Shown: piece after piece, positions 48,001-59,100 of the stretch
Layout: each line of letters opens with the position of its first letter
How positions within the stretch are numbered: the stretch's first letter is position 1
Assembly: GCA_964016885.1 (NCBI GenBank)
Contig: OZ024742.1
Location: 10,974,001-11,038,000, forward strand
DNA: 64,000 bases
Reading direction: 5' to 3'
Source: Eledone cirrhosa
Lineage: Eukaryota
Made by a program: the position numbers and the translations under genes
The notes under the pieces: model-generated
Databases searched by the model: none
Told to the model about the DNA's origin: nothing
What the model saw: the letters and a program-made list of their open reading frames with translations, nothing else

Positions 48001-49231
48001 TAGCTCAATATTCTGTGGACTGTTGTGTAGTATGTTCTCTTTATGTACTGTTGTGTAGCTCAATATTCTGTGGACTGTTGTGTAGTATGTTCTCTCTATG
48101 TACTTTTGTGTAGCTCAATATTTTGTGGACTGTTGTGTAGTATGTTCTCTTTATGTATTGTGTAGCTCAATATTCTGTGGACTGTTGTGTATGTTCTCTC
48201 TATGTATGTTCTGTAGCTCAATATTCTGTGGACTGTTGTGTAGTATGTTCTCTCTAGGTACTGTTGTGTAACTCAATATTCTGTGGACTGTTGTGTAGTA
48301 TGTTCGCTCTATGTACTGTTGTGTAGCTCAATATTCTGTGTACTGTTGTGTGGTATGTTCTCTCTATGTACTGTTGTGTAGCTAAATATTCTGTGGATTG
48401 TTGTGTAGTATGTTCTCCTTATGTGCTGTTGTGTAGCTCAATATTCTGTGGACTGTTGTGTAGTATGTTCTCTCTATGTACTGTTGTGTAGCTCAATATT
48501 CTGTGGACTGTTGTGTAGCATGTTCTCTCTATGTACTGTTGTGTAGCTCAATATTCTGTGTAATGTTGTGTGGTATGTTTTCTCTATGTACTGTGGGTAG
48601 TTCAATATTCTGTGGACTGTTGTGTAGTATGTTCTCTTTATGTACTGTTGTGTAGCTCAATATTCTGTGGACTGTTGTGTAGCTCAATATTCTGTGGAGT
48701 GTTGTGTAGTATATTCTCTCTATGTACTGTTGTGTAGCTCAATATTCTGTGGACTGTTGTTTAGTATGTTCTCTGTAGGTACTGTTGTGTAGCTCAATAT
48801 TCTGTGGACTGTTGTGTAGTATATTCTCTCTATGTACTGTTGTGTAGCTCAATATTCTGTGTACTGTTGTGCGATATGTTTTCTCTATGTACTGTTGTGT
48901 AGCTCAATATTCTGTGGATTGTTGTGTAGTATGTTCTCTTTATGTACTGTTGTGTAGCTCAATATTCTGTTGACTGTTGTGTAGTATGTTCTCTCTATGT
49001 ACTGTTGTGAAGCTCAACATTCTGTGGACTGTTCTGTAGTATGTTCTCTCTATGTACTGTTGTGTAGCTCAATATTCTGTGGACTGTTGTGTAGTATGTT
49101 CTCTCTATGTACTGTTGTGTAGCTCAATATTCTGTGGACTGTTGTGTAGTATGTTCTCTTTATGTACTGTTGTGTAGCTCAATATTCTGTGGACTGTTGT
49201 GTGTATGTTCTCTTTAGGTACTGTTGTGTAG
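18002..49231. repeat. 55-bp satellite array (~31 kb, roughly 570 monomers) with higher-order repeats
   Basis: Monomer TCTGTGGACTGTTGTGTAGTATGTTCTCTCTATGTACTGTTGTGTAGCTCAATAT, made of 28 + 27 bp subunits that share ACTGTTGTGTAG. Confidence 0.98.
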
Positions 49232-49632
49232 ACTTTATATAGTCTTTGTGTTCTACTTTCCTTCCCACCTTGTCTCAAACTCCCTCCAATATCTCTCTTA
49301 ATACAGAAGCAATCTTTTTTTTTGGGGGGGGGGGGGGGAATTGCATCATTTGTGTTTTGCTCTTTCTCGGATAAAAGGCTTCGCTAAAGAGGCAATACCT
49401 CCTCATGTTAGTTTACCTGGTTTATATCCAGTACCTCCATTTCACCTGCAACGCTATCAGACAATGTATTATTGTAGTTCTCGTTGTTTATATTCTTTTT
49501 GTTATTTAAGCAGACCTTTTCACCGGGTTTTGCTGCTGTTCAATGTGCTACAGTAAATGAAGGTTTTGAAACTACATTTACTGTAACTGTATCTCTGTCT
49601 AATTCACTAATTTGTGAGGTTTGAATTCAGCC

Positions 49633-49780
49633 CTTTATGTTCTGAGTTCAAATCCCGCCGAGGTTAGCTTTGCCTTTCATCATTACGGAGTCGATAAAAT
49701 AAAGTACCAGTAACGCACTGGGGGTCGATATAATCGACTTTCCCCACCTTCCCAGAATTGCTGGCCTTGTGCCTAAACCA
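49633..49780 (+). mobile_element. SINE family S1 (5'-truncated)
   Basis: CTGAGTTCAAATCCCGCCGAGGTTAGCTTTGCCTTTCATC...AAGTACCAGT. Confidence 0.85.
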
Positions 49781-49809
49781 AGACAGAAAATGTGGGGGAA
49801 AGGACCAAA

Positions 49810-49960
49810 TTGACAGTGTCGCCCCTAGTATTTGACTGGTACCTTACTTTATCGACCCGTGAAAGATAAACAGCAAAGTTAACCTTGCCGGGATACGAAC
49901 ACAGACTATAAAGAGTCAGAACATATAACCACAATGGAATATTATAGGACGCTCTGCCTA
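49810..49960 (-). mobile_element. Diverged SINE family S1
   Basis: GACTGGTACCTTACTTTATCGACCCGTGAAAGATAAACAGCAAAGTTAACCTTG on the + strand. Confidence 0.7.
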
Positions 49961-50267
49961 TCATACTCAGTATTAATAAATTGAAAAAAGCCTACCTTAT
50001 AATATCCAGTTCACGGTATACAAGAGAGATATATTTAGTGTCGTTAATTATTGTAGAGCTAGTCTAAGTTTCGTGTCTGATTAGAATCCTGAAGGTAGAC
50101 ATAAATCAACTCTTCGATAAATGTCAACAACCGATATTTCCTAAGAAGAGTGTAATTTTTTCTATTTCGTCAGAAACAGACGAGTCCATTATTTTATTTT
50201 TCTATTTCCTTAAAACCAGAACAGTTTATTTTTCCCATCCCCCAAGAAAAAAACAATATTAAATTAA

Positions 50268-50422
50268 CTGGCTGTGTGTTAAAGAAGTTTTCTTTGTAAT
50301 CAAGACGTCTCGGGTTCGATTCTATTGCGTGGAACCTTGGCGAAGTGTATTTTTTTATAGCTTCTTGTCGGCCAATGTTAAATGAATGAAATTTGGTGGA
50401 AGGAAACTGTGACGAAGTCCTT
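50268..50422 (+). mobile_element. Diverged tRNA-derived SINE (family S3)
   Basis: TGGCTGTGTGTTAAAGAAG (A-box-like), GGGTTCGATTC (B-box) and ACCTTGGCGAAGTGT. Confidence 0.6.
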
Positions 50423-50493
50423 TATTCGCTGCCTAAAACTAAATATATAAACACCAACAACAAACAATAACAACCTAAAACAGTAATAATAAC

Positions 50494-50697
50494 GGTTTCT
50501 TATATAGGCACAAGGCCAGCAATTTTGGGGAGGAGAAAGCCGATTAAATAGACACCAGTGCATGACTGGTACTTTATTTTATCGACCCCGTAAGGATGAA
50601 AGGCAAAGTTAATCTCGGCGGGATTTGAACTCAGACCGCAAAGGGACGTAACTATGCTGGAAAGCATGGCGTCCGACCCTCTACCGATACTGTCAAA
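50494..50697 (-). mobile_element. SINE family S1
   Basis: Full body on the minus strand; the head is cut at the junction with the adjacent LINE. Confidence 0.87.
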
Positions 50698-50699
50698 TG

Positions 50700-51300
50700 A
50701 TTTCATCTATTGGCCACAAGGGCCGGCATGTAGGGGACAATACAGCGACACGGACAGTGGGGGTTACAATAAGCTCGAGTAAAAGTGCACAATGGTGAGA
50801 CCAATTTAACAATGAAGATATAAAAAATATAAAATAAACTATGCATAAATATAACAAAATAAATTCCCCACCATGTACCCCACCAATCCTGAACCACCCT
50901 GCGCTTCTAGGGCACCCGGGAAGAACACCCCTCTCCTCCTTAGCTAGCCTATTGGATCATCGTCAGAGAAGGCCCATTCACACGGACCACTCTCGCCACA
51001 TTCATCCACCTTTTAGCAAATGTATTGGGGCGGCAGTACTTCTCTCTCCACCCTCACATTCCTTTCCAGATGAAACTTAAAGAAGTTGATGAGAGATTGG
51101 CCGAAGAGAAAAGTGTCTGTCTTCAGTCCTTTTAATCTGGTCCACCATATAACCTCTTTCGCAACTGCCACCAAGTACATAGAGAAGGAGGATGTGTGAA
51201 GGATTTTTCTAAGACAAGAGTAAAGAAACCAGATGTAAGCATTTTGACTACCCATGGGGTGACAGGGTAAACGGGGGTTTTGTGTGCAGTCCTCTACATT
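50700..51300 (-). mobile_element. 3' end of a LINE, probably Tx1/L1 group
   Basis: Minus-strand LVAVAKEVIWWTRLKGLKTDTFLFGQSLINFFKFHLERNVRVEREVL resembles ORF2 C-termini of Tx1-type elements. A 3' UTR follows. The clade is inferred. Confidence 0.55.
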
Positions 51301-51359
51301 GGAGAACTGTTCCTTGTTGATGTTTGTTATTGGTTGTATTATCACTACTATTACAAAGA

Positions 51360-51582
51360 GTGGTGGATTGGCAGAGTCGGTAGAGCATCGGACACCATGC
51401 TTTGTGGTATAGAGTTATGGCAGATTACGTTCCGAGTTCAAATCCTACCAAGGTTAGTTTTTTAACTTTGCCTTTCATCCTTACAGGGTCAATAAAATAG
51501 AATACCAGTAATACACTGGGGTTTATTTAATCGACTTACCCTCCTCCAAAATTGTTGGTCGTATGGCTAAAACAGAAACAAT
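51360..51582 (+). mobile_element. SINE family S1
   Basis: GTGGTGGATTGGCAGAGTCGGTAGAGCATCGGAC...GAGTTCAAATCC...GCCTTTCATCCTTACAGGGTC. Confidence 0.85.
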
Positions 51583-51983
51583 TTTCAGAAACTATTACAA
51601 CACATTGCCTTAAACATCTAAAACTACAACAACAACAACAACCAAAACAATAACTACAATGATAATTATTATTATTATTTATTATAGAAGTCCATATAGA
51701 AGGAGGATATGTAAAGTAGGTCTGCTGTAGTGGAGCGTATGAGTCCCTTCTCCCTCAACTGTATGATTCTATTAGACTCTGTCCCTGTAAAAACTGAGTC
51801 CCTTCTCCCTCAACTCAGCTGTATGTATACAATAATCTTGAATTAATTGTTTCCTTAAATGGGCCTTCCGCAACTGAGACAGAAAAGAGAAGTAATTAAT
51901 TAATTAGTTGCATCATTAATTAGTTGACATTTTTATATTTCTTTTAGGGATGTGGCTTTATTATTGTACAGGTTCATTCTTTT

Positions 51984-53345
51984 ACACACACCTATACACA
52001 TCTCCCCCAACATACGGTTATATACACACCTCCAACAACATACAGTTATATACACACCTCCCCCTACAGTTATATACACACCTCCCCCAACATATAGTTA
52101 TATACACATCTCCCCCAACATACGGTTATATACACATCTCCAACAACATACAGTTATATACACATCTCCCCCAACATACGGTTATATACACACCTCCAAC
52201 AACATACAGTTATATACACATCTCCCCCAACATACGGTTATATACACACCTCCCCCTACAGTTATATACACACCTCCCCCTACAGTTATATACACACCTC
52301 CCCCAACATATAGTTATATACACATCTCCCCCAACATACGGTTATATACACACCTCCAACAACATACAGTTATATACACATCTCCCCCAACATACGGTTA
52401 TATACACACCTCCAACAACATACAGTTATATACACACCTCCCCCTACAGTTATATACACACCTCCCCCAACATATAGTTATATACACATCTCCCCCAACA
52501 TACGGTTATATACACACCTCCAACAACATACAGTTATATACACATCTCCCCCAACATACGGTTATATACACACCTCCAACAACATACAGTTATATACACA
52601 CCTCCCCCTACAGTTATATACACACCTCCCCCAACATATAGTTATATACACATCTCCCCCAACATACGGTTATATACACACCTCCAACAACATACAGTTA
52701 TATACACATCTCCCCCAACATACGGTTATATACACACCTCCAACAACATACAGTTATATACACATCTCCCCCAACATACGGTTATATACACACCTCCCCC
52801 GACATACAGTTATATACACATCTCCAACAACAAACGGTTATATACACACCTCCAACAACATACAGTTATATACACATCTCCAACAATATACAGTTATATA
52901 CACACCGCCAACAACATACAGTTATATACACACCTCCAACAACATACAGTTATATACACACCTCCAACAACATACAGTTATATACACACCTCCCCCAACA
53001 TACAGTTATATACACACCTCCTCCAACATACAGTTGTATACACATCTCCCCCTACAGTTATATACACACCTATACACACCTCCCCCTGACATAGTTATAT
53101 ACACACCTCTCCTACCTAGTTACATACACACCTCCCCCAACAGTTACATACACACCTCCCCCCGACATAGTTATATACACACCTCCTCCAACAGTTATAT
53201 ACACACCTCCCCTACCTAGTTATATACACACCTCCCCCAACAATTATATACACACCTCCCCCCGACATAGTTATATACACACCTCCCCTACCTAGTTATA
53301 TACCCTCGCCCCCCCCAAACAGTTATATACACACCTCCCCCAACA
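51984..53345. repeat. 24/28-bp minisatellite
   Basis: Variants include GTTATATACACACCTCCAACAACATACA, GTTATATACACATCTCCCCCAACATACG and GTTATATACACACCTCCCCCTACA. Confidence 0.95.
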
Positions 53346-53731
53346 TACACCCTAACCAACATACCCCTACCAAACCACACCAATAAACCATATTCCTTAA
53401 CAGAATCAAATTAATAAGCAGTCCTAATTATTTAGTCGGTTTCCTTGGTAACAAACTGTTATTGTTGATGTTGTTCGTGTTACTGTTGTTTTTGTTGTTT
53501 GTTTCTGTTATAACTTTATTGTTGTGGTGGTGGTAGTGGTGGTGGCGGTATTGGGTGTTGGTGTTTGTTCTAATGTTGTTGTTTATTGTTGTCTCCCTCC
53601 CCACAAACCTTGTATAACAAAGGTAATATCACGACAATTACGGGGAAGATGTGCAACACGTGTCAATAGACGAACTAACAAAATAATTTTGGTTTCTGAT
53701 TTAAACACAACGCCAGCAAACTGAAGGCAAG

Positions 53732-54330
53732 GGGACTCATTTTATAACATGTTATCCATGTGCAACCTGCAGTATTCTTCTCCCCATTTTTTCACATATA
53801 TTTACCTAAACTGCGATTCTGTTTTTCTCTCTCTTTCTCTTACTGCTCCCTCGTTCTATCTGTTTCTCTTACTTTCTTTCGCCCTCTCTGTCATGTCAGT
53901 TAACACTTTCTCTCTACTGACCTCTTCCTCACACTTCCACTCACTCACTCACTGTTTCTCCCCTTCTCACTTCACCCGTTCGCGACGAAAACAATTTCCT
54001 TCTTTCTTACATTTGGATTCATCTCGAAAGGTCTTTTTTCTACGCGCTCATATATTCACCCAGCTTAAGCTGACAGAATAACTATGTAGCTTGTGCCCTT
54101 CCTATCTACGGTTAGCTTTCCTCTTTGTTGTTTACTTGTCTCACTCGCTTTACGTGTTTTAATTGTCCTAATAACTTAATTTAGTTATTATTGCACCAAC
54201 GTAAGGTATATGATTTTTAATGCAATGAAATATCTATGATCGTTGGCAAATCACGGATGAGGGACTCATTTTATAACATGTTATCCATGTGCAGCCTGCA
54301 GTATTCTTCTCCCCATTTTTTCATATATAT
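53732..54330. repeat. ~70-bp direct repeat pair 529 bp apart
   Basis: GGGACTCATTTTATAACATGTTATCCATGTGCA(A/G)CCTGCAGTATTCTTCTCCCCATTTTTTCA occurs at 53732 and 54261. Confidence 0.9.
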
Positions 54331-54345
54331 AAATATATATATATA

Positions 54346-54525
54346 GTGAAGGCGCATGGCTTAGTGGTTAGAGCATTGGGCTGGCAATCGAAAGGTTGTT
54401 TCTTTGAGCAAGACACTTTATTTCACGTTGCTCCAGTTTACTCAGCTGTAGAAATGAGTACCGGCCTGCCCGCCCAGCCAGTGGGATGGCGTTATCTTAT
54501 CGCTAAAAGAGACTGGTCAGTCAAG

Positions 54526-54528
<3 letters not shown>
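54346..54528 (+). mobile_element. tRNA-derived SINE (CORE-like), same head as 14418
   Basis: GTGAAGGCGCATGGCTTAGTGGTTAGAGC...TTGAGCAAGACACTTTATTTCACGTTGCTCCAG. Confidence 0.75.
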
Positions 54529-54558
<30 letters not shown>

Positions 54559-54560
<2 letters not shown>

Positions 54561-55043
54561 TGGCTGCCAACTCGTTTTCAAGTATGGCCACTACTTTATA
54601 TCCATGTAGGAGAACCCCTACCGATGCGCTGAACGAGTGTGACTTTTTAGTCCAGCCAGCGACTTGAAAACTCTTGTACAAACACTACACTTGTAACAAT
54701 TATTGACACATAGTGCTGGGCCCATGGTACCATGTGACGACAAGTGCAGAGATATCTCCAGGTATAAAGCAATGCCTGTGCCGTGAAGCTTTTATAGTGA
54801 GCAAAGGCACTGCACAAAGCCAGTCCCACTCTCTTAACCAAGATGATATTTACCAAAAAGAAGAACAAGTCAACATCATTGAATACCATCAGGGTTGCAG
54901 GTGTTATATCAGAGTTTTCCTTCTCCTAGAATTCTGCCTTGACAAAGGCTAAGGGGTCATCTCTCCCGGTGATTTTGGATGGCCATTGACTCTTAAGAGC
55001 TCCTTTGCCCTTTGACAGGTTTTGTTTTTAGTCCTGCAGGATG
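54559..55043 (+). mobile_element. Dispersed repeat homologous to 3922-4418
   Basis: Carries the same colinear blocks as 3922-4418 and is bounded by TA microsatellites. Confidence 0.55.
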
Positions 55044-55077
55044 TATATATACATATACATATAGGAACAAGTATGAC

Positions 55078-55169
55078 CCCGACGGCAGAGCTCAAGCCGT
55101 TTCGACGGCTAATTCTGGACTAAATAAGAATTTTTAGCCTGGTAAATAAATAGCCGAACTTTTCAGGGG
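55078..55169 (-). ncRNA. Type I hammerhead with G8A core change (HHR-6), at the end of a probable PLE terminus (~55062-56150)
   Basis: CCC-CUGAAAA-GUUCGGCUA[loop]UAGCCGUC-GAAA-CGGC[UUGAGCUCU]GCCG-UC-GGG, with a GUC cleavage triplet and a full stem III. Confidence 0.65.
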
Positions 55170-56152
55170 CTAATTCCGTATATGGGAAGATAGTAATTGT
55201 CAAAAGGATTGTTCAAAAATTTGTTGTAAAGACAGATGATTCTATCATGGCATTTAGTGGGAGGTAGGGGTAGCTGAACTTGCCGGTAGAACAAAGAGGG
55301 AGTGGGGGAAACCCAGTCAGGCGTTGAAAGTGAAATCTATACAGCAGATTCTAAGGTATATATTCTAGTGTATAGAAGGTTGAGAAAAGTGTACTGGAGA
55401 AGGGGAGGGGGTAGTTGAAAGAATAGGTAAATCGAAAGGGAGTAAACAAGGAAACCATTATAAAAATAAGGAAATAAATATATAAAAAACAATTTCTGGT
55501 TACTACTCCCCTTCCACAATCACCAAATCTCTCATTGGAATTGCTAAGCGATAGAAAAGTTTAATAGGTGGAGAAAAATACTAACTACGAGATTGTAGTG
55601 AAAGAATTTTATAAAGCCGGCGGTGGGTCTAACACCACTGCTATAGTTAGTTAGTAATCAGCCAATGCTATCTTACAATGACAGGTTAAAAACAAAAATA
55701 CTAAATTACTACTACAAAAATACTAAATTACTACTACAAAAATACTAATACGAAATATTAATTCAGAATACTAATACAGAAATACTAATACAAGGATACT
55801 AATACAAAATTACGACTAAGACATTTAGAAATCACAGAAATGGAGCAGCAACCAGAAAGAAAAGAATTTACCGGGGTCTAACACATCTGCTGTAAAAGGC
55901 GTAATCGGCAAATTCTATCTTAAAACTAGGGGGGTAGTGGAGGTACTGAGGCTACAGAGGACCGATGGGCTGGATCGGGGCAGGCCAAAAGCTGAAAAAA
56001 AGACAAGGAGATCTGGGGTGGAAGGACTAGGAAGAGATGGGGGGAAGAAGGAAAAGCTAAAAGATCACGTCTACCTTTGTAACCCCTAATCGGCAAGTGG
56101 GGTGTTTCAGCCCTTGTCTACCCCCTCCCGTGTCGTTATGGGGTTTGAGGGC

Positions 56153-59100
56153 GATGTTGTTGTTGCCAATGTTGTCGTAGCTAATGTTGTTGTTGCTAAT
56201 GTTGTTTTAGCTAATGTTGTTGTTGCTAATGTTGTTGTTGCTTATGTTGTTGTTGCTAATGTTGTTGTTGCTAATGTTGTTTTAGCTAATGTTGTTGTTG
56301 CTAATGTTGTTGTTGCTAATGTTGTTGTTGCTAATGTTGCTGTAGCTAATGTTGTTGTTGCTAATGTTGTTGTTGCTAATGTTGTTGTTGCTAATGTTGT
56401 TGCTAATGTTGTTGTAGCTAATGTTGTTGTTGCCAATGTTGTTTTAGATAATGTTGTTGTTGCTAATGTTGTTGTTGCTTATGTTGTTGTTGCTAATCTT
56501 GTTGTTGCTAATGTTGTTGTAGCTAATGTTGCTGTTGCTAATGTTGTTGTAGCTAATGTTGCTGTTGCCAATGTTGTTTTAGCTAATGTTGTTGTTGCTT
56601 ATGTTGTTGTTGCTAATGTTGTTGTTGCTAATGTTGTTGTAGCTAATGTTGTTGTTGCTAATGTTGTTGTAGCTAATGTTGTTGTTGCTAATGTTGTTGT
56701 TACTTATGTTGTTGTTGCTAATGTTGTTGTTGCCAATGTTGTTGTAGCTAATGTTGTTTTCGCTAATGTTGTTTTAGCTAATGTTGTTGTTGCTAATGTT
56801 GTTTTAGCTAATGTTGTTGTTGCTAATGTTGTTGTTACTTATGTTGTTGTTGCTAATGTTGTTGTTGCCAATGTTGTTTTAGCTAATGTTGTTGTTGCTA
56901 ATGTTGTTGTTACTTATGTTGTTGTTGCTAATGTTGTTGTTGCCAATGTTGTTGTAGCTAATGTTGTTTTCGCTAATGTTGTTGTTGCTAATGTTGTTGT
57001 TGTTAATGTTGTTGTAGCTAATGTTGTTGTTGCTAAAGTTGTTGTTGCTAATGTTGTTGTTGCTTATGTTGTTGTTGCTAATGGTGTTGGAGCTAATGTT
57101 GTTGTAGCTAATGTTGCTGTAGCTAATGTTGTTGCTGCTAATGTTGTTGTTGCTAATGTTGTTGTAGTTAATGTTGTTGTAGCTAATGTTGTTGTTGCTA
57201 ATGTTGTTGTAGCTAATGTTGTTGCTAATATTGTTGCTAATGTTGTTGTAGCTAATATTGTTGTTGCTAATGTTGTTGTTGCCAATGTTGTTGCTAATGT
57301 TGTTGTTGCTAATGTTGTTGTAGCTAATGTTGTTGTTGCTAATGTTGTTGTAGCTAATGTTGTTGCTGCCAATGTTGTTTTAGCTAATGTTGTTGTTGCT
57401 AATGTTGTTGTAGCTAATGTTGCTGTTGCCAATGTTGTTTTAGCTAATGTTGTTGTTGCTTGTGTTTTTGTTGCTAATGTTGTTGTTGCTAATGTTGTTG
57501 TAGCTAATGTTGTTGTTGCTAATGTTGTTGTAGCTAATGTTGTTGTTGCCAATGTTGTTTTAGCTAATGTTGTTGTTGCTAATGTTGTTGTTGCTTATGT
57601 TGTTGTTGCTAATGTTGTTGTTGCCAATGTTGTTGTAGCTAATGTTGTTGTTGCTAATGTTGTTATGGCTAATGTTGCTGTTGCTAATGTTGTTGTTGTT
57701 AATGTTGTTGTAGCTAATGTTGTTGTTGCTAATGTTGTTGTTGCTAATGTTGTTGTAGCTAATGTTGTTGTAGCTAATGTTGTTGTTGCCAATGTTGTTG
57801 TTGCCAATGTTGTTGTTGCTAATGTTGTTGTTGCTAATGTTGTTGTTGCTAATGTTGTTGTTGCTAATGTTGTTGTTGCTAATGTTGCTGTTGCTAATGT
57901 TGTTGTTGCCAATGTTGTTTTAGTTAATGTTGTTGTTGCTAATGTTGTTGTTGCTAATGTTGTTGTTGCTAATGTTGTTGTTAATGTTTTGTTGCTAATG
58001 TTGTTGTTGTTAATGTTGTTGTTGCTAATGTTGTTGTTGATAATGTTGTTGTTGCTAATGTTGTTGTTAATGTTGTTGTTGTTAATGTTGTTGTTGCTAA
58101 TGTTGTTGTTGTTCATGTTGTTGTAGTTAATGTTGTTGTAGTTAATGTTGTTTTTTATAATGTTGTTGCTGATAATGTTGTTGTTGCTAATGTTGTTGTT
58201 GTTAATGTTGTTGTTGTTAATGTTGTTGTAGTTAATATTGTTGTAGTTAATGTTGTTGTTGCTAATGATGTTGTTGCTGATGTTGTTGTTGCTAATGTTG
58301 TTGTAGCTAATATTGTTGTTGCTAATGTTGTTGTTGATAATGTTGTTGTTGTTAATGTTGTTGTAGTTAATGTTGTTGTAGCTAATGTTGTTGTTGCTTA
58401 TGTTGTTGTTGCTAATGTTGTTGTAGCTAATGTTGTTTCTAATGTTGTTGTTGCTAATGTTGTTGTAGCTAATGTTGTTGTAGCTAATGTGGCTGTAGCT
58501 AATGTTGTTGTTGCTAATGTTGTTGTAGCTAATGTTGTTGTTGCTAATGTTGTTGCAGCTAATGTTGTTCTTGCTAATGTTGTTGTAGCTAATGTTGTTG
58601 CTAATGTTGTTGTTGCCAATGTTGTTGCTAATGTTGTTGTTGTTGTTAATGTTGTTGTAGCTAATATTGTTGTTGCTAATGTTGTTGTTGCTAATGATGT
58701 TGTTGCTGATGTTGTTGTTGCTAATGTTGTTGTAGCTAATATTGTTGTTGCTAATGTTGTTGTTGCCAATGTTGTTGTTGCTAATGTTGTTGTTGCCAAT
58801 GTTGTTTAACTAATGTTGATGTGCTAATGTTGTTGTTGCTAATGTTGTTGTTGCTAATGTTGCTGTTGCTAATGTTGTTGTTGCTAATGGTGTTGTAGCT
58901 AATGTTGTTGTAGCTAATGTTGTTGCTAATGTTGTTGTTGTTGCTAATGTTGTTGTTGCTAATGTTGTTGCTAATGTTGTTGTTGCTAATGTTGTTGTTG
59001 TTAATGTTGTTGTAGCTAATATTGTTGTTGCTAATGTTGTTGTAGCTAATATTGTTGTTGCTAATGTTGTTGTTGCTTATGTTGTTGTTGCTAATGTTGT

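Noticed and set aside
18002-49231. CRISPR-like look of constant ACTGTTGTGTAG alternating with other sequence; Cys-rich ORFs (MYCCVAQYSVDCC)
   Set aside because: The intervening sequences are two fixed alternating subunits, not unique spacers. There are no cas genes and the context is eukaryotic. The ORFs are chance stop-free satellite translations.
51947-51971. Possible 24-nt micro-exon (TTTTAG|GGATGT...ACAG|GTTCAT)
   Set aside because: The donor is weak and there are no partner exons or other support.
51950-52641. Extensin/mucin-like Pro-Thr-Tyr ORFs
   Set aside because: 28-bp units shift frame every copy, so the peptides cycle through all frames. This is a minisatellite artefact.
51984-53345. 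Common origin of the 28-bp minisatellite and the 27/28-bp satellite subunit
   Set aside because: Only similar length and TG-rich composition on the reverse strand; no convincing alignment by eye.
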